A stretch of 64,000 bases of DNA from IMG/VR virus record IMGVR_UViG_3300037475_000032, positions 96,766-160,765 of that record; one strand, written 5' to 3'. The notes beneath the pieces are model-generated. The model was not told the origin of the DNA. It did not search any database and saw nothing but the letters and a program-made list of their open reading frames with translations. Position numbers and translations under genes: made by a program. Origin of the DNA: a virus. Shown here piece by piece: positions 1 through 10,275 of this stretch. Numbering within the stretch: position 1 is the stretch's first letter; every line of letters starts with the position of its first letter.

Positions 1-2
1 CC

Positions 3-125
3 GCCGTGGAGCAGGCCCGCAGAGCGGAGCTAGCGTCCCGTCAAGAGACAGCGAGGAAGGAGGCATCGGTGCAGGAGGATGACCTATCTGGCATCCCCGA
101 TGATGTCCTCTTCATGGGAAGGTAG
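3..125 (+). CDS. C-terminal fragment of a probable head-associated protein
   Basis: Frame open from the window edge: AVEQARRAELASRQETARKEASVQEDDLSGIPDDVLFMGR*; contains a KEA motif; stop lies 3 nt before the next ATG. Confidence 0.6.
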   Translation, partial: AVEQARRAELASRQETARKEASVQEDDLSGIPDDVLFMGR

Positions 126-128
126 AGC

Positions 129-2168
129 ATGAGCGACTTTGGTGGAGTATTCGAGGTTCTTGCATCAGACGACTCACAGGCTCGTCTTGCATCCCGCAGA
201 GCCCTCGTCCTTTCAGAATCACGCATCAACGAGCGTCTAGGCAGCTTCCTTGGCTCATCCAAGACCGCAGACGAGTTCGACGCTCGTCTCTCCTACGTCG
301 AGGATGACTTCAAGGGGATCATTGCTGTAGCGTGTGAGGAGGTCGGCCACGGCAACGCCGAGGCCATCTACGCATCCCTCAAGGCTCATTACCGCCCAGC
401 GGTACAAACTCGTACCGCTTCCGTGGTACACGAGGCCCGCAAGCCCAAGATGTGCCCGTACCACTCGGAGGTCGTGGACATCTCGCTTAGCGCCGGAGAC
501 CCGAAGGCCGGTTACGATGTCATGCAGTCACACGCATGGGGCGGCAACCACTGCCAGGGTGACTGGGAGGGCAAGTGCAACTTCAAGCGCGAGATGGTCA
601 CTCAGTCATTCTGGGATGACCGCCAGAAGGCTCTTGATGACCAGAAGGCTGAGCGTCTACAGGCACAGCCCGATAACCCGGTCCCTGAGGGCGTTGATAC
701 GCCAACCGAGGACATCACCCCTTCCGAGTCCACGGAGCCTATTGGAGACGCCGGAGAGGGCTCTGATAGCAACGTTGTTGAGTTCCCCTCACCAGTGGAT
801 GGCGCACCCGACATCGAGGTGCCTATCGCTGTTGCTGCCTCCGTCCAGGATTGGCAGCGTCACGCAGGACTCATCAAGATGGCACTCACCCGCAAGGACT
901 ACAACCTGCTTGCCGGTGCCATCAAGAGTGCCCCCATCAATAACCACGCCGAGGTTGCGGGGCACTTTGCCGATCATCTAGCCGACACCAACGAGCGCTT
1001 TGATCGTGACCGTTTCGTCAACGCCGCAACGCCTGAAAGCAGCGGAGAAAGCGGGGTCGAGTCCAAGGTGGCTGATGCCGCTCCTTCCCAGGAGAGCTTT
1101 CCGTGCCAGCAGTGCGGAACGACCGTAAGAGGCTTCCACGGGCAGGGAAACGGTGAGTGCCCTAACTGCGGCACCGCTCACCTCACAAACGGGCAGCGTG
1201 CCTCTAAGGACTACAACCCGTCTGACCAAAGCGACGACTCCAACAAGAGCGTTCCATGCCCCGAGTGCGGAGGCGACGGCAAGACCAATGGCGGGAAGAA
1301 GTGCCCCCGCTGCAAGGGTCAGGGCCACGTCAACGACTGGGGACCTAGCACCCTAGACGCCGTTAGCAGCCACACGGCTGTCATTGCCGGTGACAAGAAG
1401 TGGATACAGAAAGCCGTCAAGAAGCCGGGCGAGCTTCACAAGGATCTAGGCGTTCCTGAGGGAGAGAAGATTCCCGAGGAGAAGCTAGAGGAGGCCGAGC
1501 ACAGTGACGACCCTAAGGTTCGTGAGCGTGCTCAGTTTGCCGAGAACGTCAAGGGCCTTGGAAAGGGCAAGAAGTCAGCGCTTGTTGAGCCAGCTAGTGG
1601 CAGCGGTGAGGATAATCTTACCGCGCATGAGCGCCAGTTGATTCAGGAAGGAAGGGCCAAGATCGGTCCAAATGGCATCTTCCAGTTGATAAACCCGGAC
1701 ATGCACACCCCTCCCGGCAAAGAGGCAAAGGTAGCTGATAACGGTAGCGGGAATACTGGCCTTGGTGGTCCTGAGCCTAAGATGGACAAGGCGCTCTGGA
1801 CGCCCAAGAACGTTAAGAAGATCGAGGTCCCGAGCGACGAACATCCTACCAAGGAGAAGGACCCCATCCAGCCTATCAAGGCGGTTAACGATGATCCGCT
1901 TGAGGAGATCGGGGAGAAGACAACTGAGCGCGTGGACCTGCCAGAGGCAGGCATCAACCTCGATGACTCTGGTTTCGCAGGCAACAACCAGGAGCAGGCA
2001 CCCGGCACTAAGACGTGGACGGGCACCGATGGACTGGCCGATCCTGTTACCACACAGGCTTTCGCTAAGGCCGACGACGTAGACATTAACCCGCTTCGTC
2101 CGCTTCTCAATGACGGTATTGCCGGATTTGTTCCAGCATCGGTCATTGATCGTGTTACAGTAAGTTAG
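129..2168 (+). CDS. Modular head-associated polyprotein (Zn fingers, TRKDY...FDRDRF module, KKWIQKAVKKPGELH module)
   Basis: 679 aa; modules separated by KTA/RTA/RHA/KMA/KVA/HTA/KSA motifs; several CxxC pairs; lies just upstream of the portal. Confidence 0.65.
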   Translation: MSDFGGVFEVLASDDSQARLASRRALVLSESRINERLGSFLGSSKTADEFDARLSYVEDDFKGIIAVACEEVGHGNAEAIYASLKAHYRPAVQTRTASVVHEARKPKMCPYHSEVVDISLSAGDPKAGYDVMQSHAWGGNHCQGDWEGKCNFKREMVTQSFWDDRQKALDDQKAERLQAQPDNPVPEGVDTPTEDITPSESTEPIGDAGEGSDSNVVEFPSPVDGAPDIEVPIAVAASVQDWQRHAGLIKMALTRKDYNLLAGAIKSAPINNHAEVAGHFADHLADTNERFDRDRFVNAATPESSGESGVESKVADAAPSQESFPCQQCGTTVRGFHGQGNGECPNCGTAHLTNGQRASKDYNPSDQSDDSNKSVPCPECGGDGKTNGGKKCPRCKGQGHVNDWGPSTLDAVSSHTAVIAGDKKWIQKAVKKPGELHKDLGVPEGEKIPEEKLEEAEHSDDPKVRERAQFAENVKGLGKGKKSALVEPASGSGEDNLTAHERQLIQEGRAKIGPNGIFQLINPDMHTPPGKEAKVADNGSGNTGLGGPEPKMDKALWTPKNVKKIEVPSDEHPTKEKDPIQPIKAVNDDPLEEIGEKTTERVDLPEAGINLDDSGFAGNNQEQAPGTKTWTGTDGLADPVTTQAFAKADDVDINPLRPLLNDGIAGFVPASVIDRVTVS

Positions 2169-2204
2169 GTATGGCTCCTAGCTGGGAGCAATCAAGGAGA
2201 GTAG

Positions 2205-2471
2205 ATGAGCAGAGTTACCGATCTGATCCATCCAGACGACATCCGCAACGGGCGTGTACGACCGCCCAATCACATTGCGAACGTCGTCCTTACTCGTTCA
2301 CCCGCAAACGAGTACAACTACCTCAAGGAAAACTTCCCTGAGATCATTCCCTTCGTTGCCGAAGGTGAGGATATTCCACAGGATGTCGTGGAGGCCATGC
2401 TAGCCCGCCTTGAGGGCGATGAAAAGGACAACAAAGCCGCTTCAACCCAGTCAGTAAGTAGTGATGGCTAG
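2205..2471 (+). CDS. Hypothetical protein
   Basis: AAGGAG RBS; stop overlaps the portal start. Confidence 0.7.
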   Translation: MSRVTDLIHPDDIRNGRVRPPNHIANVVLTRSPANEYNYLKENFPEIIPFVAEGEDIPQDVVEAMLARLEGDEKDNKAASTQSVSSDG

Positions 2472-5070
2472 CTCAAGCTCACGACTAGACGCAGATCTCG
2501 CAAGGCTACGCCGCAACGGTCTAGTTTACACGCGCCATCCAGCCCGTGCGTCAAGCACGTACGAGGGTGCCGTCAAGGCATCACGCGACATGCACGAAGC
2601 CGCAGGTACGGATCTGCGCAACATGTCTATGCGCCTTGGCCGTCCGATCACGGAGGCTAACTACGACTCTCCTGAGGTGCAGCGCATCATGGGTGAGAAC
2701 AACGCTCTCACTCAGGCGATGGGAAGCAAGCGCATCGCCTACAAGAAGATGCAGCGTCAGTCGTCCTTGGCTCCGTCGTCACCGATGGGCGGCGATGTCT
2801 ACAATGCCATCCCTCGCTTCTACGACCCGCTTGAGTACTGGGACCTAGCAGGTATCCCCTGGAACGTCGCGGACGAGGGACATCGCCACAAGCTCCATAA
2901 GTGGATGCGTCTCTACTACGCGACCCACTACCTTGTCCCAATCCTCATCGACATCTTTACCCGCTTCCCCCTCGTCGGGATGGAACTTGAGTGCAAGGAC
3001 CCGAAGCTCAAGGAGATCTACGAGAACATCTTCCTCGACAACCTCAACTACGAAGACTTCCTCGTTGCCCTTGGGCGCGAGTTCTGGCTTTGTGGTGAGG
3101 CTTTCCCACTCGGCTCCTTTGACGAGGATTTGGGTGTCTGGGAGCACGAGGAGCTTATCAACCCCGAGGACGTTGTAATCAACAACTTTCCGCTGCTCAA
3201 CACGCAGCAGTTGAAGATCGTCCCGCCCGACTATCTCCGCCGCATCGCTCAGACTAAGAGCCCTGCTCGTGAGTGGTACATGCTGCAAGAGAACTACGAG
3301 GAGTTGATCCCGTACCTTCTCAAGGGCGAGCACATCCCGATCTCGCCAGTCATGTTCCGACAGGTCGGCAACAAGCTCAATCACTGGGACGACCACGGCA
3401 CGCCGATTCTCCTTCGCGGTCTCCGCACGCTTCTCCACGAGGAGAAGCTACTAGCATCCCAGGACGCCATTGCCGAGCGTCTGTACAGCCCCTTCTTGCT
3501 CGCCAAGCTCGGCATCATGGACATGGGAGACGGGCTCCCGCCGTGGCTTCCCGGACCTGACGAGCTTGAGTCCGTACGTGACGATTTGGACATCGCTCTG
3601 TCGAGTGACTTCCGCGTCATGGTTCACCACTTCGGCCTTGACCTTACCTCCGTATTCGGGCGCGAGCAGATGCCTCGACTGGGAGACGATTTCGACCGCA
3701 TCGAACGTCGTCTCATGCAGGTGTTTGGCGTTAACCCCTCTCTGCTCTCGGCAGGCACCAACTCACAGCCCTATGCTAGCTCGGCGCTACAAGCCGAGTT
3801 CATGAACCAGATCCTTCGCACGTTCCAGAAGATGCTCAAGTTGCACTTTAAGGAACGTGCTCTTATCGTGGCCGAGGCACAGGGCCACCAGGAATACGAG
3901 CGCAAGGGTCAGACGCGCATCCCGGTCTTCGAGCGCATCGTTGTGTTCGATGAGGAAGGCAATAAGCAGATCAAGGAGGTTCCGAAGCTGCTTGTACCCG
4001 ATCTCAAGTTTGCCACATTCGATCTTCGTGACGAGGCCACAGAGCGTCAGTTCCTCCAGTCACTACGCGGACTCGGAGTCCCGATTCCTGACGACAAGCT
4101 CATGGTCGGCATCGACTGGAAGATGAAGGATGTCATCGAAGACTACAACCAGGAGCTTAAGACCAAGACCATCGCACAGCAGCGAGCCAAGATGGAGACC
4201 TACATTGCACTCACGGTGCAGGGTCTTCCGGTGCCGCTCGACTTGAAGGCAGAGTGCGAGTCCGTCCTTGTCCACGGCGCAGGAGCCGGTGGAGGTGCCC
4301 CACAGGGCGCTATGGAAGGCGGAGGCGGCATGGGCGGAGCACCGCCCCCAGGCGGAGGGGGAGCAGCCCCAGGAGGACCCCCTGGAGGCCCAGGAGGCGG
4401 TCCTGGGGGCTCACCTATCGTTATGCCTGGCGCACCCCCTGGATTGGGCGGAGGACCCGGTACGGTGCCTCCAGGCGGAGGACCGCCCCCAATCACAGGT
4501 ATGCAGCCTGGACCGGCTGGCACAGTACCACAAGTCTCGAACGAGAGACGACCAGGACTTACCTACAACACGAGCACATCTCGTGAGCGATTTGCTCCCA
4601 AGGAGGGAACAGCGCTTGCGGAGTTCATGGGCGAGCACCCGGACTTGGGTGTCCCGTTCACTGACTACGTGACCGACCATAACTCATCCGACCGTGATGC
4701 TGGAGAGATCGATCAGCTTGACCGTGACGAGATCGAGAGACTTCACTCGGAGTGGCCGGAGCACGCAGGCACCTACGCTCAGAGGGTTGCAGGTGAGATT
4801 GCGCAAAGAGTTTCCGCACTTGTAGAGGCAGAGACAAGTGAAGCTGCTATAGTCGCCGACGAGGAGACAGACGATGGTGAATTCGTTCTTGGTGGTAACC
4901 AGGAACTAACAAAGGATGCAAGCGGTAATGAGATCATCGTGGAGTCACCTCACAAGCGTCGAGTGAAGATCGAGGCAGAGTCGAAGAAGCGCTACTCAAT
5001 AGTAGATCCACTAGCCCCTGAACTAGAAGAGGAAACCGACAGTGAATCAGAATCAAAGCCTGCTAGATAA
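2464..5070 (+). CDS. Portal protein with Gly/Pro-rich and acidic C-terminal extension
   Basis: YYATHYLVPILIDIFTRFP, EFWLCGEAFP, GTPILLRGLRTL, LAKLG, VFGVNPSLLSAG...YASSAL resemble portals of large actinobacterial myoviruses. Confidence 0.75.
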   Translation: MASSSSRLDADLARLRRNGLVYTRHPARASSTYEGAVKASRDMHEAAGTDLRNMSMRLGRPITEANYDSPEVQRIMGENNALTQAMGSKRIAYKKMQRQSSLAPSSPMGGDVYNAIPRFYDPLEYWDLAGIPWNVADEGHRHKLHKWMRLYYATHYLVPILIDIFTRFPLVGMELECKDPKLKEIYENIFLDNLNYEDFLVALGREFWLCGEAFPLGSFDEDLGVWEHEELINPEDVVINNFPLLNTQQLKIVPPDYLRRIAQTKSPAREWYMLQENYEELIPYLLKGEHIPISPVMFRQVGNKLNHWDDHGTPILLRGLRTLLHEEKLLASQDAIAERLYSPFLLAKLGIMDMGDGLPPWLPGPDELESVRDDLDIALSSDFRVMVHHFGLDLTSVFGREQMPRLGDDFDRIERRLMQVFGVNPSLLSAGTNSQPYASSALQAEFMNQILRTFQKMLKLHFKERALIVAEAQGHQEYERKGQTRIPVFERIVVFDEEGNKQIKEVPKLLVPDLKFATFDLRDEATERQFLQSLRGLGVPIPDDKLMVGIDWKMKDVIEDYNQELKTKTIAQQRAKMETYIALTVQGLPVPLDLKAECESVLVHGAGAGGGAPQGAMEGGGGMGGAPPPGGGGAAPGGPPGGPGGGPGGSPIVMPGAPPGLGGGPGTVPPGGGPPPITGMQPGPAGTVPQVSNERRPGLTYNTSTSRERFAPKEGTALAEFMGEHPDLGVPFTDYVTDHNSSDRDAGEIDQLDRDEIERLHSEWPEHAGTYAQRVAGEIAQRVSALVEAETSEAAIVADEETDDGEFVLGGNQELTKDASGNEIIVESPHKRRVKIEAESKKRYSIVDPLAPELEEETDSESESKPAR

Positions 5071-6355
5071 CGAGCCGATCTTCACCTTCGTCAAGGAGCA
5101 GATCGAGAATGGTGAAACCAACGTTTCGACTGCAAAGGCCGTCGAAGAGACCTTCGATTTTCCCACAACTGACGACTCGATCCGACGCTTCCGTGCTCGC
5201 CACGGTCTAGGGATTCCGACGAAGGACAAGGCAGGTGTGAAGGTAGAAGGGGACGAGGCGGTTGTTACTACACCAGCACGTCCCTACCCTCACATGGATG
5301 ACCCGGACACCATGCTCCGTGAGCGTGGCCTTGACCCGGAGAAGTGGAGCATCGAGGGCGCGACCGTTAACGAGTGGGATGGGCCGCAGTCGGGAGGTAC
5401 GACCGTTACCTACCACCAGGCCAAGCTAGTACTCAAGCGCAAGAAGCCTGAGTGCAGCGTTCTTCCGGCACGCTCAGAGGGATGGGTTGCGCCTAAGCGT
5501 ACCCCACGCGATCCGGGCAAGCCGCAGTTGATCGTCGTCACGGGCGACCAGCAGGCACCCTTCCATGACGAGGCCCTACACGCGGCCTTCTGCTCGTGGC
5601 TCGCTGAGAACCAGCCCGACCAGGGCGTCTTGCTCGGAGACACCATTGACCTGCCCGATATCTCCCGTCACCGTCTTGACCCCGAGAACACCGCCATCGT
5701 CAACGAGTGCATCCAGTCGGGATACGATGTCATCCGTGACTACGTGACATCCTCTGCGGATACCGAGTGGCAGATGCTTGAAGGTAACCACGACGAGCGC
5801 CTACGCAACATCCTTCTCGACAAGCCGAGTGTGCGTCCCCTCTACGGGGTCAAGCAGGCTGATACGGCTGAGGAAGACGGCGTACCCGTCCTTGCTGTGC
5901 CTCACTTGCTCCGCTTGGACGAGCTTGGAGTGAAGCACGTTAGCCCGCAAGGAGCTTACGACCTTGGACAGATTAACCTTGGGAACAAGCTCGCAGTACG
6001 ACACGGCTGGATCGCCCGTCAGGGCAGCGGGGTATCGGCGCTGGCAACCCTGGAGCACTTGGGGTACAGTGTCATCGTCGGCCACACTCATCGTCAGTCG
6101 ATCATCTACAAGACGACTCACGACATCGACGGTGCAATCACGACCCTCACCGCTGCCGAAGCAGGGTGCATGTGTCGAGTCAACCAACAGCCGAATTCGG
6201 ATGGTCGCAAGTGGCCGAACTTCACTCCGTTGCCTGATTGGCAGCAGGGATTCTCCACCGTGACTCTTCACCCGAATGGCTTCTTCCGAATCGAGAACGC
6301 AACCTTTGTAAATGGATCGCTCCTTTGGCGCGATCAGTGCTACACCGCCCGATAG
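5042..6355 (+). CDS. Calcineurin-like metallophosphoesterase with N-terminal HTH-like domain
   Basis: GDQQAPFHD, LLGDTID, GNHDER, HG, GHTH motifs. Confidence 0.85.
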   Translation: MNQNQSLLDNEPIFTFVKEQIENGETNVSTAKAVEETFDFPTTDDSIRRFRARHGLGIPTKDKAGVKVEGDEAVVTTPARPYPHMDDPDTMLRERGLDPEKWSIEGATVNEWDGPQSGGTTVTYHQAKLVLKRKKPECSVLPARSEGWVAPKRTPRDPGKPQLIVVTGDQQAPFHDEALHAAFCSWLAENQPDQGVLLGDTIDLPDISRHRLDPENTAIVNECIQSGYDVIRDYVTSSADTEWQMLEGNHDERLRNILLDKPSVRPLYGVKQADTAEEDGVPVLAVPHLLRLDELGVKHVSPQGAYDLGQINLGNKLAVRHGWIARQGSGVSALATLEHLGYSVIVGHTHRQSIIYKTTHDIDGAITTLTAAEAGCMCRVNQQPNSDGRKWPNFTPLPDWQQGFSTVTLHPNGFFRIENATFVNGSLLWRDQCYTAR

Positions 6356-6364
6356 GAGGGTGAC

Positions 6365-6562
6365 ATGGAAGACAAATCAACCAAGCCAAAGAAGCGTCGT
6401 CGCAATCAGCAGACGTATCGACACAAGACGAACGCTGTACATGTGACCCTCTATGACCCGCACGGGGAGACTGTGCCTGCTACCGTCAGGCACAAGGCTG
6501 AACAGGCAATCCTCGACATCGCCCTATCCAACAACCTTCTCATCAACATCGCCACAACGTAG
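6365..6562 (+). CDS. Small basic hypothetical protein
   Basis: AGGAGG RBS; operon context. Confidence 0.6.
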   Translation: MEDKSTKPKKRRRNQQTYRHKTNAVHVTLYDPHGETVPATVRHKAEQAILDIALSNNLLINIATT

Positions 6563-6636
6563 TCAAGTGACCCGTACAGAGAAATGGTTGGATCGCCTTG
6601 GTGCGGTCCTCCGTTTCATACTCAGGAAGTGAAGTC

Positions 6637-6810
6637 ATGGCAACAGTAAGGCTCTCGGATCGAGAGACACCAAAGAGGGCTCCGAAGTGGTGCAAACGAT
6701 GTGGACGTAAGCACAATCGCTTCGAGCCCTGTGGGCTAGTGGAGATCACTCGCACCGCCAAGAGCGGTCGTGAGGTGACACGCCTAGCTCTCCCAGCACA
6801 GGAGGCATAG
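6637..6810 (+). CDS. Small CxxC protein
   Basis: CKRCGRKH; abuts the next gene. Confidence 0.5.
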   Translation: MATVRLSDRETPKRAPKWCKRCGRKHNRFEPCGLVEITRTAKSGREVTRLALPAQEA

Positions 6811-7461
6811 ATGCAACTCATCGGAATCAACGGCTTCATGGGGTCGGGGAAGGACACGACCTACGGCTTCATCGCCAAGCACCACAGGGGCGCTTTGCGC
6901 GTGGCCTTCGCCGACAAGCTCAAGAGTATCGCGGCTCTGGCTATCGGATTCGATCCAGAGATCGACACACAGGGACTTGTCGATCTCATGAACGAGTGCA
7001 AGGAATCCTGGGACTTCGAGGTCACCAAGAGGCTTGCCACGATGCCGGGCGAGCAGGCGTGCATGGAAGTTACGCACTTCACCGGCCGTCAGTACCTCCA
7101 GTGGCTAGGAGCCAATGCCCGAGTCGTGTTCGGAGACACCTTCTGGATCGATCAGGTACTCCCTCAGCCCTACGAGGTCTGGAAGGATCATCGTAAAAGC
7201 ATCGACAACGACCGTGTACTGAGGGAACGCTACCCCGACACGGACCTTGTAGTCGTGACGGACGTGCGCTACCCTAACGAGGCGGAGCGCGTGCAGCAGC
7301 TTGGGGGAAGGGTCTGGGAGGTTGTGAGACCAGGGCTCACTAGCGATGGTCATAGCTCCGAGATCCCTCTGCCAAGGGAGCTAGTTGATACAGTGATTCA
7401 GAACGATGGAAGCCTGGCGGAACTGTCCGCTACGGTCAAGGAGGCGTTGGAGAATGGCTAG
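6811..7461 (+). CDS. Deoxynucleoside monophosphate kinase
   Basis: GINGFMGSGKDT P-loop, FADKLK, RQYLQWLG, VVTDVRYPNE, HSSE, IQNDGS. Confidence 0.9.
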   Translation: MQLIGINGFMGSGKDTTYGFIAKHHRGALRVAFADKLKSIAALAIGFDPEIDTQGLVDLMNECKESWDFEVTKRLATMPGEQACMEVTHFTGRQYLQWLGANARVVFGDTFWIDQVLPQPYEVWKDHRKSIDNDRVLRERYPDTDLVVVTDVRYPNEAERVQQLGGRVWEVVRPGLTSDGHSSEIPLPRELVDTVIQNDGSLAELSATVKEALENG

Positions 7462-8218
7462 AGAGGCACTACAGCTTGTTAGCAGGGCCGATATCACGGA
7501 ACCGATTCCTCAGCCGCAGGCTGCTCCAAAGCTCAGGCTCGTGCCGTCGTCGGGCCACGATGGGAAGGCCAAGTTCGCTATCGACATTGATAGCATCCTC
7601 TACGACTTCTCGACTCCGGCTCGTGAGGCGTTCTTGAAGCTCTCGGAAACGACGGGAGACAGGGGCCTGCTTCGTGGCACGTACATCTCATGGGTCGAGT
7701 GGCGCACGCCAGCGGATGTCTGTGGCCTTGAGACATGGATGGAGGTCATCTCCATGTGCCATGCCCCGGAGGTCATCTTGCGTCAGAAGCCCTTTGCGGG
7801 CGCAGTCGATACCCTCCAGGCATTGGTCAGCGAGGGCTACGATCTCATGTACTGCTCGAACCGCAATGAGGAAGCAGCAGACGCGACCCGTCAGTGGCTC
7901 CAGCAGGAGGGCTTCCCTCTTGGCGACCACGTTGAAGTGAGATGCACGATGGAGGACAAGTGCTCGTACCTGGCCGAGTGCCAGTACATCATCGATGATC
8001 GTCCCAAGACCCTCATTGACTTCATCCATTCACCCAACTGGGACCAGGCGAAGGGCGAGCGCAAGGGCCTGTCGATCATGTACGAGTACAACCGTGCTCT
8101 GACCGACATCCCGAACATCTTCCTTTCACCCACATGGGCGGGATTGGCCGGATGGTTGGTCCGCAAGGGCTTCCTCCCCACGCCGCCACACACTGCATTG
8201 GAGACACATGCCGGATAG
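7454..8218 (+). CDS. HAD-family 5'(3')-nucleotidase/phosphatase
   Basis: AIDIDSILYDF motif I, CSNR motif II, K, IIDDRP motif IV. Confidence 0.8.
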   Translation: MAREALQLVSRADITEPIPQPQAAPKLRLVPSSGHDGKAKFAIDIDSILYDFSTPAREAFLKLSETTGDRGLLRGTYISWVEWRTPADVCGLETWMEVISMCHAPEVILRQKPFAGAVDTLQALVSEGYDLMYCSNRNEEAADATRQWLQQEGFPLGDHVEVRCTMEDKCSYLAECQYIIDDRPKTLIDFIHSPNWDQAKGERKGLSIMYEYNRALTDIPNIFLSPTWAGLAGWLVRKGFLPTPPHTALETHAG

Positions 8219-8787
8219 CGATACCCCTAACCCCAACCTAGAGACGATCCCAGTCCTCGTACCTCACTTGGAGACGCTTCTCTCCACTTTGGAAAGAGCG
8301 CTCAACAAGAGCATGGCCGAGGATTTGGTCGAACACTACAGGACCCAGCGAGGACGTAACCCTCAGCAGTCCGCTATCACCACTGCACTCGACAAGGCAG
8401 TCCAGCGCGTAGCCGGATACCTGGGAGTCCAAGAGGATTATGAGTGACTTTCCGGCTGATAGCCATTTCTCTCAGGCTATAGAGGCAGAGAGAAGGGCGC
8501 ATCCTCTCCAAGTTGTTCACCCATCTGAGGCTCCGCGTGATCCTTACGACGATCAGATCAAGGTCGGGCGCACGGAGCTTGAAAGCTGGTACAACGAGGT
8601 GAATGATCTGGTCCGCAGGTTGGGTGTGAGCACCAGCACAGGCTCACAGCAGCCCCGTAGGGACTCCCAGAAGCGCGCACAAAGGGCTTCGAGCAGCCAA
8701 GGAGGGGGAAGGGCCTCTATGGACACGACGGAGCTTCACGAGCGCCTGACGGATCACCGTAACGCCCTCTACCGCTATCTCCACTAG
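8208..8787 (+). CDS. Two coupled hypothetical genes (8208-8447, 8440-8787)
   Basis: Overlapping start/stop codons; typical codon usage. Confidence 0.6.
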
Positions 8788-8804
8788 GCTGCTATCCTAC
8801 CCGC

Positions 8805-9278
8805 ATGGCAGCGAAGCTATTCATCCTCGTAGGCGTCCCCGGATGCGGCAAGAGCACATGGGCCAGAAGGGTCCTTGGTGGCGTGCATGTAAGCAGCGAT
8901 GAAATCCGTCAGGAGCTATTCGGAGACGAGTACAACGCCAAGCAGAACCAGCAGGTCTTCGAGCGTTTCTACAAGGAAATCGACAAGTTCCTCCTGACCG
9001 GCATCAACGTCATCGCCGATGCTACCAACCTGAACAGCTTCGCTCGCACTGAGCTACGTCGCATCGCCGACATAGTAGGGTGCGAGACTCACTTGTTCTT
9101 CTTCACCAACGTTGAGCAGGCGCTTCTTCGCAACGCCGAGAGAGACGGGGAGCAGCATGGTTCCAAACGAGTCCCCAACGAGGGCATGACGCTCATGCTG
9201 GAGAAGTACGAACTTGCGAGACGCGATATCCCACTGGAGTCGTACAACTCTGTCACCTACATAGGAAGCGTGTCATGA
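8805..9278 (+). CDS. AAA_33/polynucleotide-kinase-like P-loop kinase
   Basis: GVPGCGKSTW, SSDEIR, DATN, RNAER; leaderless TGC-TATCCT-N6-ATG promoter. Confidence 0.85.
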   Translation: MAAKLFILVGVPGCGKSTWARRVLGGVHVSSDEIRQELFGDEYNAKQNQQVFERFYKEIDKFLLTGINVIADATNLNSFARTELRRIADIVGCETHLFFFTNVEQALLRNAERDGEQHGSKRVPNEGMTLMLEKYELARRDIPLESYNSVTYIGSVS

Positions 9279-9583
9279 ACCCACAGCAGCCGAGCCTCAG
9301 TGAAAACCTCATCCACGCCCTAGAAGGACTCCCCAAGTTCGCTCTCAGCTATGTCGTGGGCTTCATCGTCATCGCTATCACCGATGTCATCGTGACGAGC
9401 TTGGCGGTAGGGTGCGTATTCCTTGGTATGCTCACGAGCCCCTTGGTGGCTCTCACAGCCTTCTTCCTCATCTACGCTGTCATTCGCACGCTCAATGGGG
9501 TCGGTAACTCAATCAGCAGTGCTGGTAACATGGTGGCACAGGCCCACTTGCAGGGCGGGTTGCAGCAGACTTCCCACCAGTAG
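9275..9583 (+). CDS. Membrane protein
   Basis: Long hydrophobic hairpin; ATGA overlap. Confidence 0.65.
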   Translation: MNPQQPSLSENLIHALEGLPKFALSYVVGFIVIAITDVIVTSLAVGCVFLGMLTSPLVALTAFFLIYAVIRTLNGVGNSISSAGNMVAQAHLQGGLQQTSHQ

Positions 9584-9639
9584 CAAGCCCGTAATGGGTG
9601 AAAGGTACTCCGCTTATTTGACAGAAAGACAGACATGAC

Positions 9640-10275
9640 ATGCCCCCCCGAATTCCAGACAACACCCGAGTCAAGCTGCGAGATGGAATCAATCCCGAAC
9701 TCTACGATGGATTTGGGCTTGCAGGGAACGAGGGATGGATTAGGAAGCACCAGGGCGACCGCTACGGGCCGGAACAGGTGTTCATCCAATGGGACAAGGA
9801 CCATTGGTCCTACAACGGGGCACAGGATAAGTGGACGTGGGAGGATCACTTCGACATAGTTGAGGAACCAATGACTGACCAGACACCAACCAGACAAGAG
9901 CAGTTGAAGGACTTGATGGGAGCCTTCACGGATTCTCTCCTAGAGATCGTGGGAGAGGGTGAGCCGACCCCTGCTCAGACCGATGTGCCGCCAGCCCCCG
10001 AGGCAGGACAGGAGCAGGCACCTTCCTACGGCGACATCCTCAAGTCCGCCATCAAGGCCAGTGCCGACGCTGAGTCGTTCTTCGTGATTGCTATTCGCAA
10101 GGACGACGATGAGGGTGTCATCTACCCGCTCGTCTACCACGCTTCACAGACGCCCGAGGCCAGCCTGATTGCGCAGCTACAGCTATCGCACGTAGCTTCC
10201 AGCTTCCATGCAAAGCTCATCGGCGAGGCTCTACAGGCTGTTAGTGAGCCCGGCGAGGACGAGAGTGGCGACTAG
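9640..10275 (+). CDS. Hypothetical protein with SH3-like N-terminus
   Basis: TRVKL...GWI...VFIQWD pattern; 211 aa. Confidence 0.6.
   Translation: MPPRIPDNTRVKLRDGINPELYDGFGLAGNEGWIRKHQGDRYGPEQVFIQWDKDHWSYNGAQDKWTWEDHFDIVEEPMTDQTPTRQEQLKDLMGAFTDSLLEIVGEGEPTPAQTDVPPAPEAGQEQAPSYGDILKSAIKASADAESFFVIAIRKDDDEGVIYPLVYHASQTPEASLIAQLQLSHVASSFHAKLIGEALQAVSEPGEDESGD

Noticed and set aside
4270-4530. Collagen-like repeat in the portal tail
   Set aside because: Gly/Pro low complexity without G-x-y periodicity
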